Shown one piece after another: positions 1-9,637 of a stretch of 64,000 nucleotides of DNA (the first letter of the stretch is position 1; each line of letters opens with the position of its first letter). This DNA is from Puniceicoccales bacterium (lineage in GTDB: Bacteria; Verrucomicrobiota; Verrucomicrobiia; Opitutales; JAIRLM01): positions 15,805-79,804 of the forward strand of contig JAITCU010000020.1 of NCBI GenBank assembly GCA_031282835.1. The letters run 5' to 3'. The notes beneath the pieces were generated by a model. It ran no database searches. It was not told where the DNA came from and saw only the letters and a program-made list of their open reading frames with translations. A program made the position numbers and the translations under genes.

Positions 1-598
1 CGGGCGCGGCGTTTTCGCTTGGAACGTCAAAAAGCGGGGAGGGCCGTATGACGATGACATCATCGAGCGTGGAATCGAGGGTGCCAATACCAATGATTGC
101 GGCACAGGCTAAAAAGAGGCTTAAAATTCCGATGAAAAGTAAACGGCGGCGGAGACGGGCCATCAGCGGGTAAGCACTCAAGGCAAAAAGCCCTAGCCAA
201 AAAGCCCCAACGAACAAAAGAATCCATCCATTGGGCGAGAGCGCACTGGCAAAGCGATGTCTCCAGCAGCGGCAGAGGTGGGGCAGGGCGGCAAAATCAT
301 GCACGGCGCTGAGTGCGTCCCAGAGAACGGAGTCATTCGGAGCCAGGACGAGGGCGTGGCGCAAATTGAGAACGCAAAATCCCAGATGGTTCAGATGGGC
401 TTCCGCGAGGGCAAGATTGGCAAAAATTTCCACGGACTTATCCCGGGTTGGAATCTGGGAATAGAGCTGGACCGCCTCCCGATAGTTACCCCGGTCGTAG
501 GCCGCACTGGCAGCACGGGACAGCGTTTCATCCCTGCCCGCCAGCAGGGTGGAAGCGCTCAAAATGATTAGGGAAAAGACCCCAGCCAGTGTTTTCAT
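1..598 (-). CDS. BatE-like TPR/membrane protein, partial (3' end lies beyond the window start)
   Basis: ATG at 598-596. The frame has no stop down to position 2 (checked codon by codon). Signal-like MKTLAGVFSLIILSAS, TPR-like AASAAYDRGNYREAVQLYSQI and two hydrophobic helices. ATGA overlap with the stop of the upstream BatD-like ORF. Absent from the ORF track because it runs off the window. Confidence 0.55.
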   Translation of the reverse strand, partial: MKTLAGVFSLIILSASTLLAGRDETLSRAASAAYDRGNYREAVQLYSQIPTRDKSVEIFANLALAEAHLNHLGFCVLNLRHALVLAPNDSVLWDALSAVHDFAALPHLCRCWRHRFASALSPNGWILLFVGAFWLGLFALSAYPLMARLRRRLLFIGILSLFLACAAIIGIGTLDSTLDDVIVIRPSPLFDVPSENAAP

Positions 599-2406
599 AG
601 GGCAACCTCCTGCAAGGCTTCAACGAGGCGGACCGCATCTTCCCAATTTTTTTCGCACTGGTGCCGGCTCAACCATGGAACGTGCGGACTGTGAATGTCT
701 TCCGCGGCGATAATAAAGCGGCGAATTTTTTCAAAATACTCCACCCATTGCCGATCCTTCGACGACCGAAGGATCTCTAAAACGCCGTAGACCGAGAGGC
801 GCACCTTGTTGTGGCGCATCATGTAGGCAAGCGTGGCCAAGATGGCCTGACGTAGGCTGCTATAAAAAAGCGTTTGGTCGTCGTTCGCAAGAGCCCGGCG
901 GGCCTTAAAAAGCAATGCCTTTATTTCCGGCGATCGCACCTTGTGCAGGTGAAAAAAGCCATAGCGCTCCCTTTGATGATGTTTCCAGAGTCGCAAAACG
1001 CCCCAAACGTAGAACCATAAAATAAATCCCTGGAGAACCCAAAAGGTGTAACTGCCCAAAATGGATGAAAAACTTCCAGCCGTGGATTCCCGGGGAGTTC
1101 GCAAGGGAAGTTTTTCCCCGAGGATTGTTCCCAGCGTGCGCTTGGCCCCATTAGGGCTCTTACTTGCCTTGGCCTTGGAATTGAAGGTCAACGGATTTTC
1201 AATTTCATAGGTTAATGTCATATATTCTCGGGCGTGGGGATCAAAGTATGAAAACGCAAAAGCTGGGAAGAGAAGCGCATCCGACCGTTGGGGGATTAGC
1301 GTATAGACGAATGTGATTTTCCCGGAAAATCCAAGGCGGTCCGTTGGCTCCACAATCTTCCGCGAACGATAAAGCCGCCATTGGGAATCCAATGAAAGCT
1401 CCGGGATGCCCACGCTCTGCAAATTTCCCTCACCGGCAACAACGAAGGCCACTTCGACGGGCTTCCCGACTTTCCGCGCCGTAGACGACTGAATGCGTGC
1501 CGGTAGAAGCTTAAATTGTCCAATGGCGCCGGAGAAGTTCTTAGGCCGCTTTTCGTCGGGTAGGGGAACAACCGAAATGGGGCACTTGAGCGATGTCACG
1601 GACAGTGGCACCCACTTATTCCCCTGATCAAAAAATCGGGAATAATTTTGCAACGTGGCCTCCTCCGGCAAAACCACGGAAATGCCGCATGCAAATACGA
1701 GCTCCCGCAACCCCAGGCGGGTTGGGGTAATCAAAGTCCGCCAGCGCTTTCCCCGGGAGCCATTCTCCCCGCCAACGTCATCTCCGCCAAGTTCCACATA
1801 GCTACCGATGGGCGCGTCCACACCACTGCCCACGCGAAACGGCCCCAATATTTTCTCCGGACTTGGCTCATTCATGCGAAAGCGCACACCATTTTGCAGG
1901 GAAAGGGTAATTTCTGCAGGAACCGTCTGCCCCAAAAACAAAGTTTTTTCTGGTACTTCCACGCCGAGCGTGGCAATGCGGGGGTGTTTCGCAATGGTTT
2001 CCTCCACCGTGGCGACATCCTCACGGACGACCAGAGTTGCCGCTGGGATCGGTAAAAGCTGTCCCGCCACCACGACAAAGGAGGAATTAAGCGTAAATTT
2101 TCCCTCCCCCCACGGGGTAACGCGGTAGATAAACCGATTGTTGAAGCGCCCGTTCGGTTGGGCCTCGTAGACCGCTTGCATGCGCTGCACATTAGCATCG
2201 GGCAGGCAAATTTGTGGCTCAATGGCCTGCTGGAACGGCCCATGGACGTCAATAACCAATTGGGAACTTTGGCGGACAAAAATTTCTGCGGGTTCAAAAT
2301 GGGCCCCAATCTGCACGTCTGGCTCCATCGCGGCAAAAACGGGAGAGGACAGCGTACCAACCCCCACCCATAGCGCGACAAGGACGCGGCCCACCAATGC
2401 ACCCAT
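595..2406 (-). CDS. BatD-like (oxygen-tolerance family) membrane protein
   Basis: 603-aa ORF with a signal-like N-terminus, a long extracytoplasmic region, a single late TM (FWVLQGFILWFYVWGVLRLW) and a basic cytoplasmic tail. Called from overall architecture and the TPR neighbour, not from a strict motif. Confidence 0.5.
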   Translation of the reverse strand: MGALVGRVLVALWVGVGTLSSPVFAAMEPDVQIGAHFEPAEIFVRQSSQLVIDVHGPFQQAIEPQICLPDANVQRMQAVYEAQPNGRFNNRFIYRVTPWGEGKFTLNSSFVVVAGQLLPIPAATLVVREDVATVEETIAKHPRIATLGVEVPEKTLFLGQTVPAEITLSLQNGVRFRMNEPSPEKILGPFRVGSGVDAPIGSYVELGGDDVGGENGSRGKRWRTLITPTRLGLRELVFACGISVVLPEEATLQNYSRFFDQGNKWVPLSVTSLKCPISVVPLPDEKRPKNFSGAIGQFKLLPARIQSSTARKVGKPVEVAFVVAGEGNLQSVGIPELSLDSQWRLYRSRKIVEPTDRLGFSGKITFVYTLIPQRSDALLFPAFAFSYFDPHAREYMTLTYEIENPLTFNSKAKASKSPNGAKRTLGTILGEKLPLRTPRESTAGSFSSILGSYTFWVLQGFILWFYVWGVLRLWKHHQRERYGFFHLHKVRSPEIKALLFKARRALANDDQTLFYSSLRQAILATLAYMMRHNKVRLSVYGVLEILRSSKDRQWVEYFEKIRRFIIAAEDIHSPHVPWLSRHQCEKNWEDAVRLVEALQEVAL

Positions 2407-2606
2407 CGGAGAGCATTTTGCCGCTCATGTTTCTCAAAAACAAGGAAAAACGACGCGAAGGCCTAGCTTGCCCCAGAGGCCAATATGCGATTTGCGAAAT
2501 TATGCGAGTTACGAAACCTAAACTCCTAGAGTCAGCATCAATATGCCGATCGCGATAGTCGTTTTTGATCATTCTCACAAGAGTTTTTCAGCATGACTGA
2601 CCTTAT

Positions 2607-4088
2607 TCAAATGACCACGCCAATTGGGTTAGTTTCTGCTAAGCATTTCGCCGCGACTTCAACGTCGCTAAACGGGACGGAGTGGTCACTAAATATTTGG
2701 CGTTCTTCGTGCCCCTTACCGGCAATGACCAGGGCTCCCCGATGAGTGCGCAGGGATTTTATCGCGAAAGAAATGGCCTCCCGCCGGTCATGTATGATGC
2801 GGTAATTTTTTTTGCAAAAACCTTGGACGATTTCATCGGTGATGGTTCCCGGGGCCTCCGAACGTGGGTTATCATCGGTTACAATGACGAAGTCGCTATG
2901 GGTTTCTGCAATTTTTGCCATTTGTGGGCGCTTTCCCCGGTCTCGGTCTCCGCCGCAACCAAAGAGCGTCCATAGGGTGCCAGTCTGGTGCTGGCGCAGG
3001 GTCATGAGGGTTTGTTCCAGCGCTCCAGGGCTATGGGCAAAATCGACAAATATTTTCCCCCCGTCGGCAAGAGTTAGCCGCTGGAGGCGGCCGCGAACGG
3101 GGACGAAAGTGGAAATGCGTTCCAAAAATTCTTGTAAGCGCTCGGGACAATCATGGGCAGCGGCGGCCAAGGCCTGGAGCAGGTTTATGGCATTAAATGC
3201 TCCTCGGAGAGCCGTCCGAAATGAATGGATCTTCCCGGCGTGGGAAAAATGGACGATCATCCCAAGTTCCGTTTGTTCGCAGCGGAGGAGTTGCCAATCG
3301 CATGGGTCGCTTTTCCCGACGGTGACGTATTTTTGTCCGTGGAGGAGGGTGATGAGTTGTTGTCCGCGGAGGTCGTCACCGTTGATGACGGCGCATCTGG
3401 GAACTTCTCCGTTACGGCCGTCGAAAAGGCGAAGTTTGGCATCGAAGTAGGCATCCATGTCGCCGTGAAAATCCAGGTGATCGCGGGAAAAGTTGGTGAA
3501 AACGGCGCATTCAAATGGCAGCCCGAAGACGCGATGCTGCATGAGCCCATGCGAACTTACTTCGAGGGCGACAGAATCACAGCCTTCGTTGGCCATCCGG
3601 CGAAGATGGGAAAAAATCAATTGGGCATCCGGGGTTGTTTGGTCGGCTTGTTCGACATGCCCAGCCCAGGCGATTTCGACGGTGCTCATGCACCCGCAGC
3701 GCTCCCCTAAAAGATGTCGGATGGCGTGGGTGGTGGTCGTTTTACCGGCGGTTCCGGTGACACCAAAGATGCGCAAGGACTGGTCGGGAAAACCATACCA
3801 GCACCTTTGGGCGTTTGCCCAGGCGATGGATGAATCGGAAACTTTTAATCCGCGAATTTGATGGGGAAGCTCGGTAAAATGCTCGCCAACGACGACCGTT
3901 GCCCCTCGTTGAATTGCCGCACCAACAAAACTGTGTCCATCTTTCACCGGGCCATGGATGGCGAAAAAAATTTTTATTCCCGGGACCTCATCCGTTGGAA
4001 TTTCTCCGTGATGTCGATACAGACCGGCGACGGATGTCTCCGCGGGGAAGATTTCGTTCCCAGGGAAAAAATCACACCACCGCTTCAT
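2607..4088 (-). CDS. murE: UDP-N-acetylmuramoyl-L-alanyl-D-glutamate--2,6-diaminopimelate ligase
   Basis: 493 aa. Mur-ligase P-loop GVTGTAGKTTT and a C-terminal DDNPRSE (the DNPR motif of meso-DAP-adding MurE). Confidence 0.9.
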   Translation of the reverse strand: MKRWCDFFPGNEIFPAETSVAGLYRHHGEIPTDEVPGIKIFFAIHGPVKDGHSFVGAAIQRGATVVVGEHFTELPHQIRGLKVSDSSIAWANAQRCWYGFPDQSLRIFGVTGTAGKTTTTHAIRHLLGERCGCMSTVEIAWAGHVEQADQTTPDAQLIFSHLRRMANEGCDSVALEVSSHGLMQHRVFGLPFECAVFTNFSRDHLDFHGDMDAYFDAKLRLFDGRNGEVPRCAVINGDDLRGQQLITLLHGQKYVTVGKSDPCDWQLLRCEQTELGMIVHFSHAGKIHSFRTALRGAFNAINLLQALAAAAHDCPERLQEFLERISTFVPVRGRLQRLTLADGGKIFVDFAHSPGALEQTLMTLRQHQTGTLWTLFGCGGDRDRGKRPQMAKIAETHSDFVIVTDDNPRSEAPGTITDEIVQGFCKKNYRIIHDRREAISFAIKSLRTHRGALVIAGKGHEERQIFSDHSVPFSDVEVAAKCLAETNPIGVVI

Positions 4089-4109
4089 CGAAGTACCCCA
4101 CCCAGTCCA

Positions 4110-4712
4110 TTAGACTTTATCCACAATTTTATCGGCGAGGCCGTATTCGATGGCCTGCTTGGCGTTGAGATAAAAATCACGATCCGTGTCCTTCTGGATT
4201 TTTTCCAGGGGCTGGCCAGAGGCATCCGCCAGGATGCGGTTCATTTCTTCCCGGATGCGTTCTATTTCCTCCGCTTGAATGTTAATGTCCACCGCCGGCG
4301 CATAGATTTGCCCGGAAATAAGCGGTTGATGGATTAGCACCTGGGCGTTCGGATAGAGCAGGCGGCGGCCCTTTTGTGGTGCGCACAGGAGGATGGATCC
4401 CATGCTGGCGGCCATTCCCGTCACAACCACGGTCACCGGCGAGGAAAGCAGCTTAATGGTATCATAGATAGCCATCCCCGATGTGGTGTGTCCGCCAGGT
4501 GTGTTAATGTAGAAGGTGATGGGTTTGCCCCGGTCGACAAGGTCCAGATAAATCAGCTTCTCCACAATGTCCTTCGCCGAGCGCTCGTTGACGCTACCCC
4601 AGAGAAATACGCGCCGCTCCTCCAGGAATCTTTCCTGGATTTTCATCACCACCGGCACGTCTTTTTTTTCGTCTTCCGCCTCTTCCCGATCGTCATCATC
4701 ATCCATTTTCAT
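4110..4712 (-). CDS. clpP: ATP-dependent Clp protease proteolytic subunit
   Basis: ClpP motifs YINTPGG, GMAASMGSILL (catalytic Ser context) and IHQPL. Start placed at MKMDDDDD (4712) rather than the ORF-track start 4775, to limit overlap with fabV. The N-terminus is uncertain. Confidence 0.85.
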   Translation of the reverse strand: MKMDDDDDREEAEDEKKDVPVVMKIQERFLEERRVFLWGSVNERSAKDIVEKLIYLDLVDRGKPITFYINTPGGHTTSGMAIYDTIKLLSSPVTVVVTGMAASMGSILLCAPQKGRRLLYPNAQVLIHQPLISGQIYAPAVDINIQAEEIERIREEMNRILADASGQPLEKIQKDTDRDFYLNAKQAIEYGLADKIVDKV

Positions 4713-5901
4713 CACTAATCTCCAATTCCGTTTCCACCGGCTGTGCATAGTCAATGTCGGAAAATCCAAAGCCAAAAAGCTTTAAAAATCCGGCAATGTA
4801 CGCGTCGTAGTCCGTTGCCGTGTGTAAATTTTCCGTTGTCAGCATGGGCCACGCTGCTGCCACCGCCGCCTGCACGTCCTCGCGCAATTCCAGGTTATCC
4901 ATGCGGATGCGGCCTTCTCCGTCGATGGTCGCTTTTTCGCCATAGAGCTCAGAAAACAGGCGGCACATCTGCTCGATGCAGCCCTCGTGGAGGCGCGCTT
5001 CCTTCATAATCTTAAATAGGAGGGAAATATACAGCGGGACCACGGGAATGGCGGAACTTGCCTGGGTAATAACCGCCTTGTTGACGGAAATAAACGCCTG
5101 GCCCTGAACAGGCGCCAGCAGCTTCCGAATTTTTTGGGCCGCCCGATCCAAGTCCATCTTTGCCCGGCCAATGGTGCCGTCCTTGTAAATGGCCCACGTG
5201 AGTTCTGGCCCGATGTAGCTGTAGGCCACCGTGCGCGCTCTAGGAGCCAAAACACCACCGGCAAGCAGGGCCTCTATCCATAGCTCCCAATCTTCGCCGC
5301 CCATCACCGCCACCGTTGCGGCAATTTCTTCCTCGGTGGCCGGATCGAGGGTTACCTCGTGTACAATGCCCCGGTCCGTGTTAACTGTTTTTCCCTGGAA
5401 CGCCTTGCCCGTGGGCTTCAATACCGAGTGGAAGACTTGGCCCGTTTTTGGGTGCGTCCGCCGGGGGGAAGCCAGGCTGTAGACGACCAGATCCACCGTG
5501 CCTAATGATTTTTTAACCGCCGCCACCGTTTGTGCCTTAATGGCATCGGAGAAGGCATCGCCGTTGATGTTGATGGACTTTACCCCCGGGCAATGGCGCC
5601 GCAGTTCGTCATTAAAGGCCACCGTGTTATACCAGCCGGCGGAGGCAGTGCGATCTCCGGCGGAGGGGCGCTCGAAGTACACCCCCACCGTGTTCGCATG
5701 GGCGCCGAATGCGGCGGCGATGCGGCTGGCGAGGCCATACCCGGTGGACGCGCCAATGACTAAGACGTTGTGCATGCCCACGATGGGTTTTTGTCCTTGC
5801 ACATGGGCGACCTGTTCTCGCACGTGGGTGGCACAGCCGGCTGGGTGGGCGGTGGTGCAAATAAACCCTTTGATGCGTGGTTCGATGATGCTTTTTGCCA
5901 T
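4699..5901 (-). CDS. fabV: trans-2-enoyl-ACP/CoA reductase, FabV/TER family
   Basis: 400 aa. N-terminus MAKSIIEPRIKGFICTTAHPAGC and GASTGYGLASRIA are characteristic of the FabV family. Confidence 0.85.
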   Translation of the reverse strand: MAKSIIEPRIKGFICTTAHPAGCATHVREQVAHVQGQKPIVGMHNVLVIGASTGYGLASRIAAAFGAHANTVGVYFERPSAGDRTASAGWYNTVAFNDELRRHCPGVKSININGDAFSDAIKAQTVAAVKKSLGTVDLVVYSLASPRRTHPKTGQVFHSVLKPTGKAFQGKTVNTDRGIVHEVTLDPATEEEIAATVAVMGGEDWELWIEALLAGGVLAPRARTVAYSYIGPELTWAIYKDGTIGRAKMDLDRAAQKIRKLLAPVQGQAFISVNKAVITQASSAIPVVPLYISLLFKIMKEARLHEGCIEQMCRLFSELYGEKATIDGEGRIRMDNLELREDVQAAVAAAWPMLTTENLHTATDYDAYIAGFLKLFGFGFSDIDYAQPVETELEISDENG

Positions 5902-5910
5902 GGCGTGGGT

Positions 5911-6429
5911 TTAACCTTTTCTATCCCCGGGGAAAGCATTTTTTGCCGCGCTCGCCGGTTCGAGCACGTCGATGTAACTGATAGTTTGCGGGGCGATACC
6001 AATGAGGTAGCGGCGCCCCTCGCATTCGGCGATGGCCAGATGGTGCTTGGCTCCAAGCGCCAGTGTGTCGCTGATGGAGATTTTAGCCACCTTCTTCGCC
6101 CGGCCGTTGTGTTTGCGCAGGTAGATGATGCCTCCGGCCAAAGCTCCGAGGAGGATGACCATGGTGGTTACTTTAAGCAGTACTTTTCCTGCGGATATTT
6201 GGGGCAAAACCGGTCCCAGGGGAGTGTCGAGATCCTTCCCGGCGGATTGGGGATCATGTAGATCATCGATGATGATGGCATTTACACTTGCCACATGTGC
6301 CGATCGGGGAATGCCCGGTGGAGCGGCAGGGGAATTATTGGTCGGACGCCTGTTGGTAATCCGCATGGCGATTGTCACATACGCCATAAGAATGAATACG
6401 GCGGCGAGTATGAAGAAGAAACGTTTCAC
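5911..6429 (-). CDS. FliO-like export-apparatus accessory protein (orphan)
   Basis: 172 aa. TM ILLGALAGGIIYLRK is followed by KISISDTLALGAKHHLAIAECEGRRYLIGIAPQTISYIDVL. This aligns by eye with E. coli FliO LKISASASLGARERVVVVDVEDARLVLGVTAGQINLLHKL. It also has an extra N-terminal signal-like helix. Confidence 0.5.
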   Translation of the reverse strand: MKRFFFILAAVFILMAYVTIAMRITNRRPTNNSPAAPPGIPRSAHVASVNAIIIDDLHDPQSAGKDLDTPLGPVLPQISAGKVLLKVTTMVILLGALAGGIIYLRKHNGRAKKVAKISISDTLALGAKHHLAIAECEGRRYLIGIAPQTISYIDVLEPASAAKNAFPGDRKG

Positions 6430-6477
6430 GGGAAATCTCTAGTAAAAAATTCGATTTTCGGCAAGCATTTTCTGCAA

Positions 6478-7278
6478 ATGGCGATTTATTATATCTATCA
6501 CCCCGAAGGTTTTAACCCAGGTACGGCCTGCCGGCCGGGGTTGAAGGAGGTGCACCACTTGCTGCGAGTCTTGCGGGCAACGGCCCGGGATAGGTTTTTT
6601 GTTTTCGACGGGACTGGAACCGTCGGCCGGTGTTCCCTGCAATGTGCGGAGCCCAATCATTGCGCCCTCGCCGTGGAGGAGGTGGTAAATTTTCCGCCGC
6701 CCAGGCCTCTCGCCCTTTTGCAGGGCGTGGTTAAAAACGCCGCCATGGACCAGATTATCCACCAAGCGGCGGAGTTGGGTGTGACGCAAATTTTCCCCAT
6801 CGTCGGTGCAAATGGCGTTGTTTCCACGGATGGAGCCCACATGGCTAAGCGCCTGGAGCGCTGGCGCCAAATCGCCATTGAAGCCTGCAAGCAGTCCAAA
6901 AATCCGTTTCTACCGCAAATTCTCCCGCCGCGTCCCCTGGGCGCGGCGTTGGAGACGCTATCCCGGGAGATGTTCAAAATTGTAGCGGCGCTGGGGGAAA
7001 ACTGCCAACCGTGGGCAAAATGCGTTTCCCGGGTGTCATCTGCGGAATCCATTGCCGTGGCGATTGGCCCGGAGGGTGATTTTTCAGGGGACGAATACGC
7101 AACCCTGGTAGCCGCAGATTTCTTCCCACTGACCCTTGGCCAACGCGTTTTAACCACGCAAACGGCCGCCGTTGCCCTCCTTGGAACTATTCAACAAACG
7201 TATTGCCTGGAGAAAAGCCCAGCCCATCTGGTCGGGATGGCCGGATTCGAACCGGCGGCCTCTACGTCCCGAACGTAG
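6478..7278 (+). CDS. rsmE: 16S rRNA (uracil1498-N3)-methyltransferase
   Basis: Start moved to ATG 6478 (MAIYYIY). Motifs RLERWRQIAIEACKQS, IGPEGDFS and LGQRVLTTQTA. The 3' end overlaps tRNA-Pro on the opposite strand. Confidence 0.8.
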   Translation: MAIYYIYHPEGFNPGTACRPGLKEVHHLLRVLRATARDRFFVFDGTGTVGRCSLQCAEPNHCALAVEEVVNFPPPRPLALLQGVVKNAAMDQIIHQAAELGVTQIFPIVGANGVVSTDGAHMAKRLERWRQIAIEACKQSKNPFLPQILPPRPLGAALETLSREMFKIVAALGENCQPWAKCVSRVSSAESIAVAIGPEGDFSGDEYATLVAADFFPLTLGQRVLTTQTAAVALLGTIQQTYCLEKSPAHLVGMAGFEPAASTSRT

Positions 7279-7305
7279 CGCTCTACCAGACTAAGCTACA
7301 TCCCG
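7229..7305 (-). tRNA. tRNA-Pro (anticodon CGG)
   Basis: Cloverleaf read by eye: acceptor CGGGATG/CATCCCG, anticodon stem CTACG/CGTAG with loop TTCGGGA, T-arm GCCGG-TTCGAAT-CCGGC, and an encoded CCA. Confidence 0.9.
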
Positions 7306-7411
7306 TCCGAGCGAATTCATGAATGGAACTTCGCCGTCCCACGCAAGCGCAAAAGCGTTTGGTGATTTCGGACGGGGACCACGGGGAATAACTTTCATCG
7401 GTCGACGGAAA

Positions 7412-8863
7412 CTATCCCACGATCTGGATATCCAATTCTCGCGTATCGCCCCGTCGGCGAAGGTCCTCTTTTGCCTGTTCCAGCGCCCCGTTGGCCATTC
7501 CCGGCGTAACAAGTGCCTCTCCGAGAGATCTAATGGTAACGGTTTTTAGATTTTTTGCTTCAATGAATAGGTGTTTCAGATCTTCGGCGGTGATGTTTTG
7601 CATACAACTGTAAATGGTAACCTCCGATAAATTCGGAAACTGGGCCAATTGCCGGATGTTGCAACACCCATAAGTCACACTGCCGACTTCATACATCAAG
7701 TTACCACCCGGCCTCTTAATTTTATTGTCATTAACACTGGCCGCGGTAACAGCATTCCAATCTTTTGGCGATTGCCCAACGCCGAGCTTTGACAGCGAAG
7801 CCCCAACGTTCGGCTTGGCTTCAATTGCTGCTCGCCCCTCAGTTAACCCACATTTAGTGTAATATTCCAAAAGGGCAGCCCGGGAAGCTTCGGGAAAGCA
7901 CCGCTCCAGGGCATAGTCAGCAATCCCATGGAGTGTACAATCAGCGTCGTCTAAGTAATTTTCAAAGTATTCCTGGGCGAAAAGGAACTTTCGCATCGCA
8001 TTGCCGCTGTCGTAGGCGTAAAGGGCGTCAAGCACTGCCTTGGCCGAATTTCTCTCGAAGTCATTTCCACCAAGTGCGGCGATGAAAATATCGGCGTTGC
8101 TTAATTCATTGCCCAACAAGGTGTCTGTAGTGGATTCATTAAACCAATTAAAAAAAGCTCCTACTTGTTCGGCTGTCAATGGTGTTGCGGTATTAAATTT
8201 AATGGCATCACACATTTTTGCCAATCTTGTTACTCCATCTTTTGCCCTGTGCTCAAGTGGTTTCCCGCCAACACCCAACCCGGTACTTGTATCTGGGGTA
8301 ATGTCTTGCTGCGCGAGGACGGAAATTATTTCTCCATTGTCCACCTGAAGATGCGCATCCGCATGCCATGTCGCAACCTCTTGTAGCGCTTCGGGCTCCT
8401 TGCTTGTATTTGCGGCAACGTATGCATAGAGACTCAGCGGGGGATTGCCAGTTGTTTTTTGCTGCAGCAATTCCTGCTGTTGTGAGGGGCTTAATTTCCC
8501 AATGAGGTTACCAAGGGGAGCGCGCGTTTGGGGATTCAAACAGGCGGCCATTGCCACGGTTATCCCTCCGGCATCCGCGATTTTTAAGAGATCAAGGATT
8601 TCCCGCCCTTCTCTGGTGGTTAGCTTCCTATCCAAGTTATTGAGTAATGGTCCCAATTTGGATGCCAAATCATTACGTGACGCAAATGCCCGTTCGAAGG
8701 TTGCCGTTTTTCCCAAACTACCCACGTATGCAGCGAATTCTCCGCCTCGAATTTCTCCTTTGAAAAACTTGCAAAGTGCATCCCAAAAGCCTTTCACTCC
8801 GGTCTGGGCAAGTGTGGAGAAATCTACCCTAGCTGGGGCGGCGAGGTTAATTGACATCGACAT
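7412..8863 (-). CDS. hypothetical protein with a C-terminal Cys-containing LRR-like segment (candidate secreted effector)
   Basis: 483-aa ORF with no signal peptide. C-terminus CCNIRQLAQFPNLSEVTIYSCMQNITAEDLKHLFIEAKNLKTVTIRSL resembles eukaryotic F-box-type LRR_CC repeats. A possible promoter TTGCCA-17-TATTCT lies upstream. Confidence 0.65.
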   Translation of the reverse strand: MSMSINLAAPARVDFSTLAQTGVKGFWDALCKFFKGEIRGGEFAAYVGSLGKTATFERAFASRNDLASKLGPLLNNLDRKLTTREGREILDLLKIADAGGITVAMAACLNPQTRAPLGNLIGKLSPSQQQELLQQKTTGNPPLSLYAYVAANTSKEPEALQEVATWHADAHLQVDNGEIISVLAQQDITPDTSTGLGVGGKPLEHRAKDGVTRLAKMCDAIKFNTATPLTAEQVGAFFNWFNESTTDTLLGNELSNADIFIAALGGNDFERNSAKAVLDALYAYDSGNAMRKFLFAQEYFENYLDDADCTLHGIADYALERCFPEASRAALLEYYTKCGLTEGRAAIEAKPNVGASLSKLGVGQSPKDWNAVTAASVNDNKIKRPGGNLMYEVGSVTYGCCNIRQLAQFPNLSEVTIYSCMQNITAEDLKHLFIEAKNLKTVTIRSLGEALVTPGMANGALEQAKEDLRRRGDTRELDIQIVG

Positions 8864-8955
8864 AACACCAAAAGAATACCGATGTTTTTTGTGGATGGCA
8901 AGAAATTTTTATGCTTATGCGTATTTCTAGCGTTAATCGCGGTAAATCCACACCA

Positions 8956-9585
8956 TTACGGGACTTCGGGCGCACCCCAACTGGGGCGGTTGCGCAATTT
9001 TTCGGCTCGATAGATGTGCCGCATGGCTTCGAAGGTAGCTCGCTTATTGCCGGGCGGGATGGAGTAATCATAGGTATGGGCCACCCGCACTTCGCTCCGA
9101 ATGGACTCCAGGCGCAGCGCGAGCTCGCTCTTTGACATCGGTCCCCGGCGGCGGATGCGGCGGATAAGTTCACTATCCGATGGAGGTAGTAAAAAGATGT
9201 TTACCACGCGACCGTGAAGCGTGGTGTTTTCTTCTTCCCGGGCTAGTTCGCGTAGCTTTGCCGCCCCCTGCACATCCAAATTAAGGAGCACGTCCAAGCC
9301 GTTTTTGAAATGCTGGCTGATTTCCAAATGGGTTAGCCCGTAAAAATGCTCCCGATGCACGCGGGAATATTCTAAAAATTCTCCCTCACTCCGCATGCGC
9401 AAGAATTCGTCCTTCGTAGTAAAATAGTAGTCCACTCCGTTGATTTCATGGGAGCGGGGAAGGCGGGTGGTCGTGGTGATGGCCGTGATGATTTGCCCGG
9501 GGAATGTACTGACGATACTCCTGCAAAGGGTCGTTTTACCAACGCCCGTTGGCCCTGAAATTACAAAGATTAGAGGCAATGTCAT
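8956..9585 (-). CDS. gmk: guanylate kinase
   Basis: P-loop ISGPTGVGKTTL and the TTTRLPRSHEINGVDYYF motif. Confidence 0.9.
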   Translation of the reverse strand: MTLPLIFVISGPTGVGKTTLCRSIVSTFPGQIITAITTTTRLPRSHEINGVDYYFTTKDEFLRMRSEGEFLEYSRVHREHFYGLTHLEISQHFKNGLDVLLNLDVQGAAKLRELAREEENTTLHGRVVNIFLLPPSDSELIRRIRRRGPMSKSELALRLESIRSEVRVAHTYDYSIPPGNKRATFEAMRHIYRAEKLRNRPSWGAPEVP

Positions 9586-9637
9586 CGAAGCGGTGGAGGG
9601 TCCTTGGGAAATGGATTTAAGTCAAGATTTCACGTGC

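Noticed and set aside
7229-7278. The 50-nt convergent overlap of the rsmE 3' end with tRNA-Pro, as a possible regulatory arrangement.
   Set aside because: It is most simply explained by a late stop codon after the conserved RsmE core ends (~7200). There is no evidence of function.
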